Shown: positions 25,501 to 36,500 of the stretch, piece after piece
Layout of the letters: the number at the start of each line of letters is the position of its first letter
Position numbering within the stretch: the first letter of the stretch is position 1
NCBI GenBank assembly: GCA_002633005.1
Contig: NMRA01000015.1
Location: 1,174,218-1,238,217, forward strand
Origin: Phoronis australis
Taxonomy: Eukaryota > Animalia > Phoronida
Direction: 5' to 3'
Length of the DNA: 64,000 nt
Program-made: the position numbers and the translations under genes
Notes under the pieces: generated by a model
What the model saw: the letters and a program-made list of their open reading frames with translations, nothing else
Databases searched by the model: none
Told to the model about the DNA's origin: nothing

Positions 25501-28500
25501 TATTCATTTTTTATTATGCTAAATTAGATTGCAACTCAAGTTAACAGACATGGATCAACTATTAAGGATTCAGACCAAAGGTTTTGTATGGTACCCGGTA
25601 ATTAGCTTCACAACGTTCATTTAGAAAACCTGGCCTTGACACACGTTTCACCATACTCCTCGAGTCCCCGTGGACACCACAACGGGGTGGCTGTGTCATT
25701 GATTGACACACGGACCAGAACACCCGAGCCACCAGCTGTTGTGACCAATACTAAATTATTGATCAGGTACGAGTACGTTGGAGGATACAATCAATAAATC
25801 CTTCACCGCTGCTGAGGGGACCAATCAATAGCCTTCAGCTTCAGTACTAATGGAGCTGGGAGATGGCAGATTTGAGAACGCCAGTGTAACCAATCGATGT
25901 ACATGTCAACTCCACAGCTGATTATGGTAGATTGGATGTGAAGGTTGAATTGTTCTGTGACCTGATTGTTGTAATTTACTTTACACTCACTACTCATCTG
26001 ACTCAATCAAGATGAAAATACTGTGTTGGCTCATACAAATACCAACCAGGAAATATAGCATTGGTGTTTGAGAAATTACAATATAAAAGACAACATGCCA
26101 GCCTCCAGAACTCACAGTGAATCAAGTGTTACTATGGGATACTTGCGCATAGCTTCCCACACCTGAACTGAGAAAATTTCAAGAACATCTAAAGAGTTAC
26201 ATGACCCTAATGCACAAGCAAATTTCCGAAAAAACCTAACAACTCTGCAACTTTCATTCCATGCACACCTATAGGCAAGAATGATCAGGATGGGAGCTTC
26301 CATTAACCTCACCTTGGTTTTTACATGAATGCATGGTAGTTGTTTTTACATGCCTTTGAGAGTTATTTTTGACAGAAAATTTTGGACTGCAGTAATTTTG
26401 AACATGTTGAACAGAAGCATATTTTGAGAGATTAGGCTTATTTTTCATTCAGGAAAGGTTGAGCAGAGACTGACGGATCATTCAGGTAAAGTTGAGCAGA
26501 GACTCACTGATCATTCAGGTAAGGTTGAGCAGAGACTCACTGATCCTGAGTTCACTCTCAGGTAAAATTGAGCAAAGACTCACTGATCCTGAGTTCACTC
26601 TAAACCAGTGTTTAACTGGACTGAAAGGAGAGCAGGGCTCGCAAAATACAACATGGCAACATTACCTGGGCCCGGTCTCCAATCTTTTTACTCGAAACGG
26701 AACTCGAAATTAGGTTTGGCATCTTCTTCTCTACTTTTGGGCGAACTCAAGATAAGTGTCTATTATTCTATCCTCAAGTACACAATAACTTACGTAGATA
26801 ACTTATTGCCCCTAGTTCACAGTTTGTGAATCCAATATTAAAGCAATAAGTTCGAGTTTGAACTCGAAATTTCGAGTTTTTACTCGAGTTTGTAGCACGA
26901 ATATAAGGGTCTTCAAGGGGAAACTTGAACGAGAAACTCCTATGCATAAACTATAATGTATTCGAGCACAGTCTGATAACCAATTCTCTTAAGTTCGCAC
27001 AAAAGGAGCAGAGAAATTGCCAAAAATAGTTTCGAGTTCGTTTCGAGTACAACGATTAGAGACCGGGCCCTGGTCACTAAATGGGAACTGGAGTTGCCAA
27101 ATGAGAGTTGCCATCACCAGGGAAGCCTTGCTGACAAGAGGTAAAAATGAAATCCCTGAAGTTAATGCCAGCGGTCACAAAAAAATGCCCGCCGGTGCAC
27201 CTGAGTTTGTCCGAGTGGCATTTTTTGCTCGAACAGAATATTAGGAGTGTCTTGCATGCTTGGTTCTGACCAATTTCTCTCACTCGGGCTCAATATCCCA
27301 CACACAGACTAGCCTCCTGAGGCAAAAGATCGTGATCTGGCCTTTACGATTTTTGCTGAGCTGTTGCGATTTCCGTCCGTTTACTTCCTGTAGTATTTTG
27401 AGTGCATGCCCGAATGCGGCGTGACGACCTGGAATTTTTAATAGGGCACCCAACAAATTCTAAGGTCCCACTGGCATCTTGCAGGTCCCAAATCAAGTCC
27501 TAAAGTGCTGTGTACATCAAGCTACACATGACTAACAGTCTGTACTGGGAGTTTAATAAAGTCTACCTGGGGAGAGTATACGAGGGCTAAACCATCTCTA
27601 TGGAGCTCTAACGAAGTCTACTCAGAATTTCTTCACACTTTTGGTGTTATCTGACGCACATACGTGGAAGACATGCTTCTATAAACTTATTTAACGCAAT
27701 GCAAGATAGTTGTGAGACACCGCCTTCTATAACCCTTGATGATAAAACACTTCTGCAAATGACCTTCCTATTCTGTCTTATCAGGAGCCTTGAGACTAAA
27801 TCTGATAACAAAACTTCTTGATTATGAACAACCAGATAACGAAAGCAGTAATATGCTGGGGAATATTGCCTTGACAATGAAAAACAGGCCAGTTTCACAA
27901 TCCACAGGATTTATAGGTATTACATAGATACCAAGGCCAGGAGGTGAAGGCAAGTTTGTACCATTGAATACAATGACATCAAAATAACATCCATCAACGG
28001 TTGAGTTAGATTTATCACTTGCACTGTCTGTTGGCTTCAAATGATCCATTCAGATCACCTTGAACATTTAAAGCATTATTTGAGACTATTGAAATACCAG
28101 CCATGGAAATAAACATAGCCACAGAAGCAAATGGATTTGGATTTTGCAAAAAATCAGTTCCATTCTCCTACGCCCTACGATATTCCCAATTTCACTTCAT
28201 ATATCAAAAATATTTTCAACCGAATTATCATGAATTTTACTAATCTGTCGCAACCACAAAGAACAAAATTTTTTTGGCAAGTTGTATCGTCCATTGGCAG
28301 GCCTTGGCATAGGCAACACGCTGTGTGATTGGTTCACACAAAGCGGTAGTACTAAGTATCATATGAGCAAATATGCACTAGGAATAGATAACAGGACACT
28401 GATGAGATACGGACACGTGTTTACTGAGCAAATGAATTGCAACACATCAGAAGAAAAATTACTGGAATGAACCAACCAAATGTAATGAAATTCTGTGAGC

Positions 28501-31500
28501 CTGCATTTCTATAAGCAATTGCAGATAAAATACTCGAATTAATTAGAGTACTTCTGTTATGAGAATGGCATGTATACTCAGGTTTATGGCTCAGTGAATG
28601 TACAGAAGACTCAGTATTCAAGTTCACTTCTGCAATTGGTTTTAAACTTTATGCAGATTCAAGTTGGATCTATAAACTAAACAATCAGAGCGTGTTGAAC
28701 TTCACATTGTGTAGAGCCATAAATCTCTAGCATCAGCTACTGGCCCCAGCTTGTCATTTAATTAACAAGGCTACTCATTTTGATATCTAATTTATATTGG
28801 AGTACAAGCCAGTACAGGCATGACACAGATGGGTTCACATACACGCATTCAGCGCAGCCGGCACACGAGCTTGTCCATTTAATCCTCAAGGAAAACAGGC
28901 GAGAGAGCGAGAGAGAGTGAGAATGCATTTGTAGTTAAAGATGTATTCCCAGATATACCAAGCCCGACTATTGATTTTCCTATTGAACCTTGCCATATTC
29001 AGAATCAAATGTGTATATTTCAGCACACGCCAGTTCAACTAACTTAGAGGGTCAAACACGATTTTACGACAGAATAACATGAAGCAACAATGTGTACACA
29101 GGGCCAAGTAATGTCAAACACAAAACACCACAAATGCAAAGCCAGGCATTTAAGCCTACATAACAGTCACTACACAGTTAAGCACCAACTTTGCTAACAT
29201 TTCATTTAGAGGACTCGAAGTTCCAGTTTTTGCCCATCCAGGTTTTGCTGTCATTTAAGTTAAAAATGGAGAGTGCTTTCCACGGGGAAATCAGGATTAA
29301 TTACAAGTTGCAAGGTGACGCAGGTGAAACAGAGGACACTGAACACAAACCAGTGGCGTTAACATAAATCAGTCTCATAATATTCCTTACTGTGATAGGA
29401 CTTCATTTTGGTTACCAACTCAGCAATGAATGCCTGTGCCATTGCTCAAGAGGGTTTGGGTAACCCTGGAAAATGAAGCTACGTTTAACCTGCAACTGGA
29501 GTTAGCAATCGAAATGGATTCCTATCATGATAAAAAAGAATATTTGACACTGAATAAAAAACCCTAATCTGGAGTTAGTTCTTTAACCAAATGCAGTTTT
29601 AACTGATCGCAGCCACTCACAAACCTGTACATTGAATTGTTTCAAAAGTAAGTGATTTTCTGTCGCAACTGAAAGACGGACAAATTTCCCTTCCTTGCTT
29701 GGCCATGAAAGGGTTATGTGATGTGTGCAGGACCAGTTTCCGCACACTTGCCAATTGCTCCGTTTCGCAATGTATTCCAAAATACTGCAAAAACAATTCA
29801 TTTGACCCCCCTCCCCTCCAAAACTTAATGTACTCGTTATCAGAGCAGGTGATTATCAGTTAATACCAGATATCAGAAATAACATTTTGATCAACGGAGC
29901 TGGCATTTCTGAGGTATGATTTCAAAGAACTGAAAAAATTTTAACATGAATGTCAATAAAGATTGAAAGCATGATAAAATATTAATTTTGAAAAATCTAT
30001 ATTGAAAATCTAAGATTTTGTGCAAAACATTCTACTATCTTGCATTGGTCTAGGTTTAAAAAAGAATGAAACAAGACACACTAAAAATAGTGTTTAAAAT
30101 TGAATACTTTCCCTTGAACAATCCAAATTTATCGCCGTTGTTTACAGATTCATCATATGGATGAGCTTTCAGCTGCATGGAACAGAGCACCACCTTTTGA
30201 TCAGTTGAAGATCGTATTCATCAGGCAAGTGTGTGGTGCAACTAAATGATGTTTTGCCAATTTACAAGTCCAAGCACTGATTGAATGCCAAAGTGAGAAA
30301 GCTTGTCCACTTAGTTCTAAATTGAAGAAAACATACAAAAAGAACTCTTAAGTAACGGGGCGGGCATACAAATGAACAACCTGTCAAACTTAGACACCCT
30401 AGCCAAGAAGCTGTGTTCAGCATTGGCATGACTTATCAGCATTTGGACACCCTGTTCAGCATTTGATGCCCAACTAAAAATAAACAAGTGAGCATAGGTG
30501 TCTGTTATAACTTCCTAAAAGCTAAAAGCAGGTCTGCGAGCTCACTGGTCTGTCCAGATAAAGAAAGTTAGTAAAATATCATTTAAGATATGATAAACTT
30601 TAGTGCAGACTCACACCTTCTCCACCCATATAAACAGGAACAATATTCCATCTCTATGGCAACATAACACACCAATATAAACTTGGGGTCACGCCGCGTC
30701 AATGGTTATGGACATCAGACTTTGGGAAACCTATTTTGGACACCCTATTTTTTAAACGCTGGTCTTAAAGACACTCTGTAGATTTAGCCGGTTTGTACAC
30801 AGATCAATTCCTATACAAACAAACACCTGTAATTTATGAATATTTACTGATGTCATAGAGTACCAGCTGTTTCAGACATATCACCATAACTGTGACAGTA
30901 TTTTGCTCCAAAAAGCATGTTTCATTATTTATTAATCTACTGACGAACGAAGCAGATATCTACATCATTAATTTCGCACGCGCTTACAGTTCAGCTAAAG
31001 GGTATGTATGCACAATATTTCATTTGTATTTTTACTATTTCATATACAGCAATATGGGGGGAAAGAATGAAGAACTAATTTTGCACACTTTAAGTGTGCT
31101 TTTGAAAGCACAAAAACAAAATCCTCAAATCCAGACTAGGATGAAACCAGTGTGAGACAATATAACACACCAACATCATCATCACACTATCAGTTCCTAG
31201 CTTAACATTACACCATTTGTGAAGATTATCATCCAGTCGCACACAATGAATACAGGTCAGTTCTAAATACTCAGTGGATTTACTTAAGAATTTTAAGCAA
31301 TGTTTTGTTGGCTTGTGCTTTTGTCAGCAGGTCATCGACAACTATTAAACTTCTGCAGTACGGTGTTGGCCTGTATTGATTTTGAGACAAACGGCACAAA
31401 ACTTTTAACGAAATCTGGTCTCAATCCCACCGAGGTGATAGGCTGAATCTCAAACCACCATGTACCGAGATAAAGTGATATTAAGCCCGGGAGCGGGACC

Positions 31501-33003
31501 GCATTTTGTTCAGTTTCCCAGTTTGGCTTAAGATCCACACGCGCCAACTTGTAGTCCCAGAAGCTTGAAAAAGTTGGTGAAGAAACATTACTAAAAATTT
31601 CTCAGTCAAGGGAACATTTTTATTTTTTCTGTATCCATTTCCAACAGTACACGAAAATCGGAACAAAACTTTCACCTGAACACACACATGTTGCAACACA
31701 ACATACTTATAGTTGTGCAACTGACTTATGCAGTCACGCACAATGTCTGTTACCGAAGCAGTTACAAGTAGCACGTCGTGACCAGAATCAAGAGAATCAA
31801 AATTGTCTACTTACATGGACAAGAAATCATTTATGGGTTTCCAAAAAAAACTGACAGTTCGCTATTCCTAGAACCCTAACCAGCCAGCTAACTGTGAGAA
31901 GACAAACATCAGAACTGATACAGGTAAAAAACATTGTAATAAACATCATTCTCCAGCTTTTGCAACACAAAAAAGTCTGTCATCAACTTGAAAATAGTAC
32001 GCTTGTGTCACACGCACATACCACAAGCTAAACTTTCTGCATCAACATTCGGTAGATGATAACTTCACTGAAGCTATATCTGCTCCCGAATTCGGTTTTC
32101 TCATGTGTGAAATCAGTTCTGATAATTTGTTGTAACATGTGTGGAAACCTTGTGGAAGTAGAACACCTAACAGGCAAACAGGCATATGATCAATCCACAA
32201 ACTAACCGCAGAACTGAAGAATGGCAATTTTTAGCACTGATAAATAATATGGTTTACTCAAGTAATTGTGTAGTTTTTGATGATACTAATTTTTTATTAG
32301 ATTTTATTTGATCAGTTTTCACCAATACCAGTCCAATGTTGCATATTTATAGTTCATAAGGCTTCACATCAAGGCTATTAAGATCTAGGCACTTCAACCA
32401 CTCTGGTGGAGCCCACCCAGAAGCCAGACTAGCAGGGGCTACTTGTTGAGGTCAAGCTCAGTGCACAAAAAGTCATGAAATGACAAGACAACCCCACTTG
32501 CAGAGCCTCGTCTAAAGCAATAACTAACTGCCAGTTCTTTTGCAGCCCTGAAATCACCTTATGGAATAAATTGAGACCCATTTCATAACAGTAAGGGTCT
32601 AAACCAAAAGTTGATTTTTTTGACGGCAGGCAGGTTCATCTGCTCCATTCACTAGCAGTTGCATTGACTACCAGTACCAGGCAGCCACTGTCCAATGATG
32701 GTTCATATGCTACCTTCCTCCTGGTCAGCGGATGCAATTCTCGCGAATTACTTAGTTACTAAAACATAACACGGCCAATAATAAACACAGTTTGGAATAT
32801 ACCACCTATATACAGAAGGTATGAGTAACTCCGAGACAGTGAATTTACTTTTCTGATCGCTCGATCATCCGATCGATCGAAATTGTGGTGACTGAAGGTT
32901 TGACGTACATTCTGAAATAATACAAAATGTACTTAAGAACAGTTTCAAAGTACGACCGAAGCAAACGATCTAATTAATCATCACAAAACTTTCATACTCA
33001 CAT
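7421..33003 (-). CDS. VAMP: Synaptobrevin / vesicle-associated membrane protein (VAMP1/2/3-type R-SNARE), whole gene span with alternative exons
   Basis: Spliced exons give ...[13 protein letters not shown]|[26 protein letters not shown]|[27 protein letters not shown]|TM, nearly identical to canonical synaptobrevin. The split start codon (AT|G) and 52-nt TM exon match vertebrate VAMP gene structure as I recall it. Confidence 0.97.
10184..10389 (-). CDS. VAMP: VAMP terminal exon A: long P/G/Q-rich luminal tail ([15 protein letters not shown]...[18 protein letters not shown])
   Basis: cattcag|TGTGG acceptor in phase 1, in frame with every TM exon; matches ORF 10184..10390; GC-rich coding-like island. 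Confidence 0.85.
10797..10958. repeat. 52-bp tandem repeat, ~3 copies
   Basis: Unit ACACTTAAGTATAGCTAGTATGAAGACTACAATATTGTCATGAAGCTTGATT. Confidence 0.92.
10971..13676 (+). mobile_element. Non-autonomous P-element-superfamily DNA transposon (~2.7 kb) in a VAMP intron
   Basis: Imperfect ~33-bp TIRs (CAAGGAGcGTAgtAGTATAGGAGAGTTCACTtC versus the reverse complement at ~13644-13676). 7-bp TSD TTGATAC at 10964-10970 and 13677-13683. Internal THAP remnant. Confidence 0.88.
11080..11930 (+). pseudogene. Decayed THAP-domain transposase 5' end (exon 11080-11177; second exon from 11761 with frameshifts)
   Basis: [33 protein letters not shown]|[33 protein letters not shown] carries the C2CH THAP signature (CxxxxC, FP, W, LCxxHF, AVP). 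No catalytic domain ORF seen. Confidence 0.8.
14720..14771 (-). CDS. VAMP: VAMP transmembrane exon variant 3 ([17 protein letters not shown])
   Basis: tttcag|ATG...GCTG|gtaagt, 52 nt, phase 0-1. Confidence 0.88.
15830..15881 (-). CDS. VAMP: VAMP transmembrane exon variant 2 ([17 protein letters not shown])
   Basis: ttacag|ATG...ATCG|gtaagt, 52 nt, phase 0-1; closest to the canonical MMIILGV. Confidence 0.9.
16470..16521 (-). CDS. VAMP: VAMP transmembrane exon variant 1 ([17 protein letters not shown])
   Basis: tttcag|AGC...GGTG|gtaagt, 52 nt, phase 0-1. Confidence 0.85.
16735..16810. mobile_element. Miniature hairpin element, same family as 46957-47030
   Basis: TTTGAGAACCAGTT-tatccacagaataacaggaata-AACTGGTTCTCGAA. 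Confidence 0.6.
19554..19633 (-). CDS. VAMP: VAMP SNARE C-terminal exon, variant B ([27 protein letters not shown]), duplicate of variant A
   Basis: ttcttgttcccaatag|GC...AAG|gtccaa. Same 80-nt length and phase as A, 14/27 aa identical, no stops. Donor is weak. Confidence 0.8.
20046..20125 (-). CDS. VAMP: VAMP SNARE C-terminal exon, variant A ([27 protein letters not shown])
   Basis: tctag|AT...AAG|gtagc, 80 nt, phase 1-0, canonical sequence. Confidence 0.95.
20632..20710 (-). CDS. VAMP: VAMP exon: SNARE N-terminal half with zero-layer Arg ([26 protein letters not shown])
   Basis: gacag|GTG...GCAG|gtaatg, 79 nt, canonical sequence. Confidence 0.97.
21586..21685 (-). CDS. VAMP: VAMP exon: Pro/Gly-rich N-terminus and start of SNARE motif ([33 protein letters not shown])
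   Basis: ttacag|G...GAG|gtaaag, 100 nt, conserved [11 protein letters not shown]. Confidence 0.95.
23369..23434 (-). CDS. VAMP: VAMP optional 66-nt N-terminal cassette exon (M)[22 protein letters not shown]
   Basis: ttcag|GTCTGCT...CCCCTT|gtaagt; phase 2-2, so frame-neutral; MSA start typical of synaptobrevins. Confidence 0.8.
26447..26602. repeat. ~33-bp degenerate tandem repeat, ~4 copies
   Basis: Unit CATTCAGGTAAAGTTGAGCAGAGACTCACTGAT. Confidence 0.75.
26669..27069. mobile_element. MITE, PIF/Harbinger-like, CTG TSD
   Basis: ~40-bp imperfect TIR GGCCCGGTCTCcAATC..TACTCGAAACG(g)AACTCGAAA; CTG at 26666-68 and 27070-72; internal ACTCGAA/TTCGAGT motifs. Confidence 0.8.
31815..31816 (-). CDS. 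VAMP: VAMP candidate alternative first exon 1B (AT of the split ATG)
   Basis: Minus strand ttgtccAT|gtaagt: consensus donor with the same AT| geometry as 1A. Confidence 0.4.
33002..33003 (-). CDS. VAMP: VAMP first exon 1A, coding part (AT of the split ATG)
   Basis: Minus strand ctaaaaaAT|gtgagt next to the shared promoter region; both candidate downstream exons begin with the G that completes ATG. Confidence 0.75.
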
Positions 33004-33340
33004 TTTTTAGTATGTGCTTTTGAGAGAAATCCCACAAATGAATGCCGTCGAATTTCGCACCAGTAAAAACAAATATGGCGATGAGATCATTCACATCCGG
33101 GTATGTGTGGAAAAAACGGAAGCAACACTTCATTGTTGATATCGGTTAAAAGGTGGCGCACTCACAGCAGCTCGCGCCATCTATTGTAAATAGTGGCCAC
33201 GTGACTCGGCAACAGGTCGGCTGAATACATAGCAACCACAACACTCGCGTGTGTAAGATCGATCCATTGGGGATGTCTAAATGGATTAGTTAAGTAGACT
33301 ACTGCAGGGTTGTTGTGCTGTGATTGTTCAGTAAACAGGT
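33004..33340. promoter_or_regulatory. Probable bidirectional promoter for VAMP (-) and EFCAB6-like (+), including a likely non-coding first exon of the latter (donor near 33338)
   Basis: Start codons are only about 570 bp apart. YY1-like AAATATGGCG (33071), ETS-like CACATCCGG (~33092), E-box GGCCACGTGAC (~33195), RFX X-box half site CATAGCAAC (~33228). Confidence 0.6.
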
Positions 33341-33571
33341 GAGAAAGGTAATTGGTGGCATAAGACCCCAATTATTGGTGTTTTTGCCTGAGAAACGGAC
33401 TCCCTACTGTAGACATCTTCATCAGGATAAAATTTTAGTAAGCCATAATAATTAATATTGACCTTTTAACTTTTTGACAGCTCAGTGAACCCGAGAGTTC
33501 ATTGCACTGTGCCTATGCCGGTATGGGCTTGTATAGGTTTTCAATTATTTTTTTCAGACTGTTTAACCTAG

Positions 33572-36500
33572 ATGTCTGCCTCAGCGCTAGTTATGCCTGG
33601 GGCCATGCGTCCCAATACCTCGGGGGTCGTCTTCACACCTAGACCTGTGCTTAGGACCAGTGCAGGAAGCCGTCCTGCTACACCTAATGGCAGAAGGAGT
33701 GTGCCAATTCCATACCAAAAAGGTGAGTGTTGATCTCTGTCACATTTTCCATTGAATAACTTAGGATAAGTTACAACAGTATGACAATTCAGGCCCCCAA
33801 TCCCACCACGTATTGCATTTTGGTCGTGATAGACCGACCCGAAAAACCTCGCCTCATTTTCACGTCGGTGGAAATTCCTGAGAAAAGCACAAACTTATGT
33901 TTGTCAGGTAACATGCGATTTCACGCCTATACATATTATCTGATGGCGTTTATTGAGCTCCAGATCTGCAGGCATATAATTACCCTGTTTATTGCCCCCA
34001 CAGCCCGAATTGGTAATCAGTAAACTAGTGAAATCACTGATAAAAGTGTCAAGTTTATAGTCCCTGTAACCCCTGAACATTTTGCATTATGTGATTTTGG
34101 GTCTGAATATCCCCTCTGAAACATACTATATCATACAAAATTCCCCTCAGGAGGCTCAGAAGTTCCCCACAAATGATTGAAAAATTCCCCTCAAGGTTTG
34201 AAGCATAGTGTTGCTGTGCGTGAACTTGGAATCCTGCTTAATCTCAAGATTACGTATGAGTGAAATTGGAATTGAACATATATTTGGGCAATCAGGTGAA
34301 ATTTTTTGTTCAATGTAAAGAATTTTTGTAATTATTGGCCTTATACTCATATCACTTTCTTCTTTACCGTAACTTGTGTCAAAGAATCGAAGGAATTTGT
34401 GATTGGTTAAAACAATTGTTTGGTGAATAAGATCGCCAACAGATTAGTTGAATGTTACATTATTTTAATAGCATGTAATGTGGTTTAGTGCAGTGCAAAT
34501 TTTTGTCCACGTGAACGTGATTATTTGAGTGCAGAACTTGTCAAGTTTGATCCTCATGTATTCCAAGTTCACACAACACTCACTTCCGCTTAATCTTGAG
34601 ATTAAGCAGGATTCCAAGTTCACGCACAGCATTGTAACTCACTTAGGTGACAATAAGAAATAACACAAAATGTTAGTTTTGGCTATTCTTGAGCTAGAGC
34701 CTATGAGAGCTTGCAACAGGGTGGGGGTGCTCACTGATGGTGATTGGCAAATTTGGCAGGTAGAATTTCCCCCTGACTCAAAAAAAATTTCCCTCTTAAA
34801 TGGCACAGGCACCTTTCCCCTAGAATGAATAAGGGCCCTGCAATTTCCAGGTTATATCATGATAGGGTTTGAGGAGGGGGATACAGGACAACTTTCAATT
34901 ACTCCTGCCAACACAAGCGAGCTGGTTATGATGCCAACAGTTAACAAGCACATTGTTTTATGAATTAATGAGATTCCTAAAGCCCTAAAGTATTTAGGTG
35001 ACCAAGCTAGCAAGCAGCCCAATCATTCAGAACTGAATTCAACAAGCTATTGTGTTTGCATGAGCAAACTCCATACCTTCAGATGATTATAACCCGATGA
35101 CGATCAATTTTTACCTGCATTAGGGTGTAAAGGTTCTGGGGCCCCACGGGACCTGATAAATTGAACAAAAACTTTTTGTTGAAAATCTTGCATGTGACAT
35201 CATTCATTTTATTTGCACCATTGTCAATAGACTTCCGGTTAGAGGCAGTGAAGTTCAGAGGGCTGTTTTCATTTTAGCTACACATCAGTCAGTTGATGGT
35301 TCTCTCACAAGTATCGAGATTGAATCAATCCTCAGAAGCATAATTAAAGAGAAATACTCCGCAATACAACAGGTAAGAAATAGGGCTTCTAGTAGTTTAC
35401 AGGAAGTCATGATTTACTCAAAATGTTATCTTGATTTTTGTTAAGAGAATTAATCTAAATTTCTACCCGGTTACTATTAACAGTTGCATAATTTTCCCGA
35501 ATATCATGACGTTAAGCGGTACCAAGACTCAACCTTTATGAAGTTGAACGTTGGAGCACTGATCAACATAGCCCAGTTTGTTAAAAATTTATATTTCATT
35601 GAAGAAGACCCTTGTTTGCCTCGTATATGTATTAAACTGTGACAGATAATGTGGCATTCGTGTTTGCATGAAAAGGTAATATCTGATGTTATATGCCATG
35701 TTTGCATGAGAAGGTATTATCTGATGTTATATACCATGTTTGCATGAAAAGGTAATATCTGATGTTATATGCCATGTTTGCATGAGAAGGTAATATCTGA
35801 TGTTATATTCCATGTTTGCATGAAAAGGTAATATCTGATGTTATATACCATGTTTGCATGAGAAGGTAATATCTGATGTTATATACCATGTTTGCATGAA
35901 AAGGTAATATCTGATGTTATATGCCATGTTTGCATGAGAAGGTAATATCTGATATTATATACCATGTTTGCATGAAAAGGTAATATCTGATGTTATATAC
36001 CATGTTTGCATGAGAAGGTATTATACGATGTTATATACCATGTTTGCATGAAAAGGTAATATCTGATGTTATATACCATGTTTGCATGAAAAGGTAATAT
36101 CTGATGTTATATACCATGTTTGCATGAGAAGGTAACATGTGACTTTACATACCATGTCCCACAGTCATGTACCGTACTTTACCTTTTCTGTGTCATTCCA
36201 GGCTTGCCTGAAGTATGATGTTGACAAGACTTCATGCATATCAAAGGGTGAATTCCGTCGTGTGCTTGAATTGTTTTGTCCTCTGACATCTGAACAATTC
36301 GAAGCTATAATACAAAAAGTAAGAGTTGATTTGTCACGTTCAAATTCAAGCTTGACTTCCACTTTGCACTTGATTGTCTTGATTTTGCTTTCCATGATGT
36401 TTTGCTAAAGAATTTTTTAATGAATGTTGAATGTCCATTCTGCACAAATTGCGGGTAAAACTCAGAGCAAGTATTCCTGCATTCACCTCTCTATTCATGA

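Noticed and set aside
26116-26162. 47-nt AG/GT-bounded segment in the first VAMP intron (possible poison exon, [10 protein letters not shown])
   Set aside because: Not frame-preserving and shows no homology; such pseudo-exons arise by chance. It needs RNA evidence.
35661-36156. 38-bp array (and the 36-bp array at 46204) as CRISPR-like
   Set aside because: Units are contiguous with no unique spacers, lie in eukaryotic introns, and there are no cas genes.
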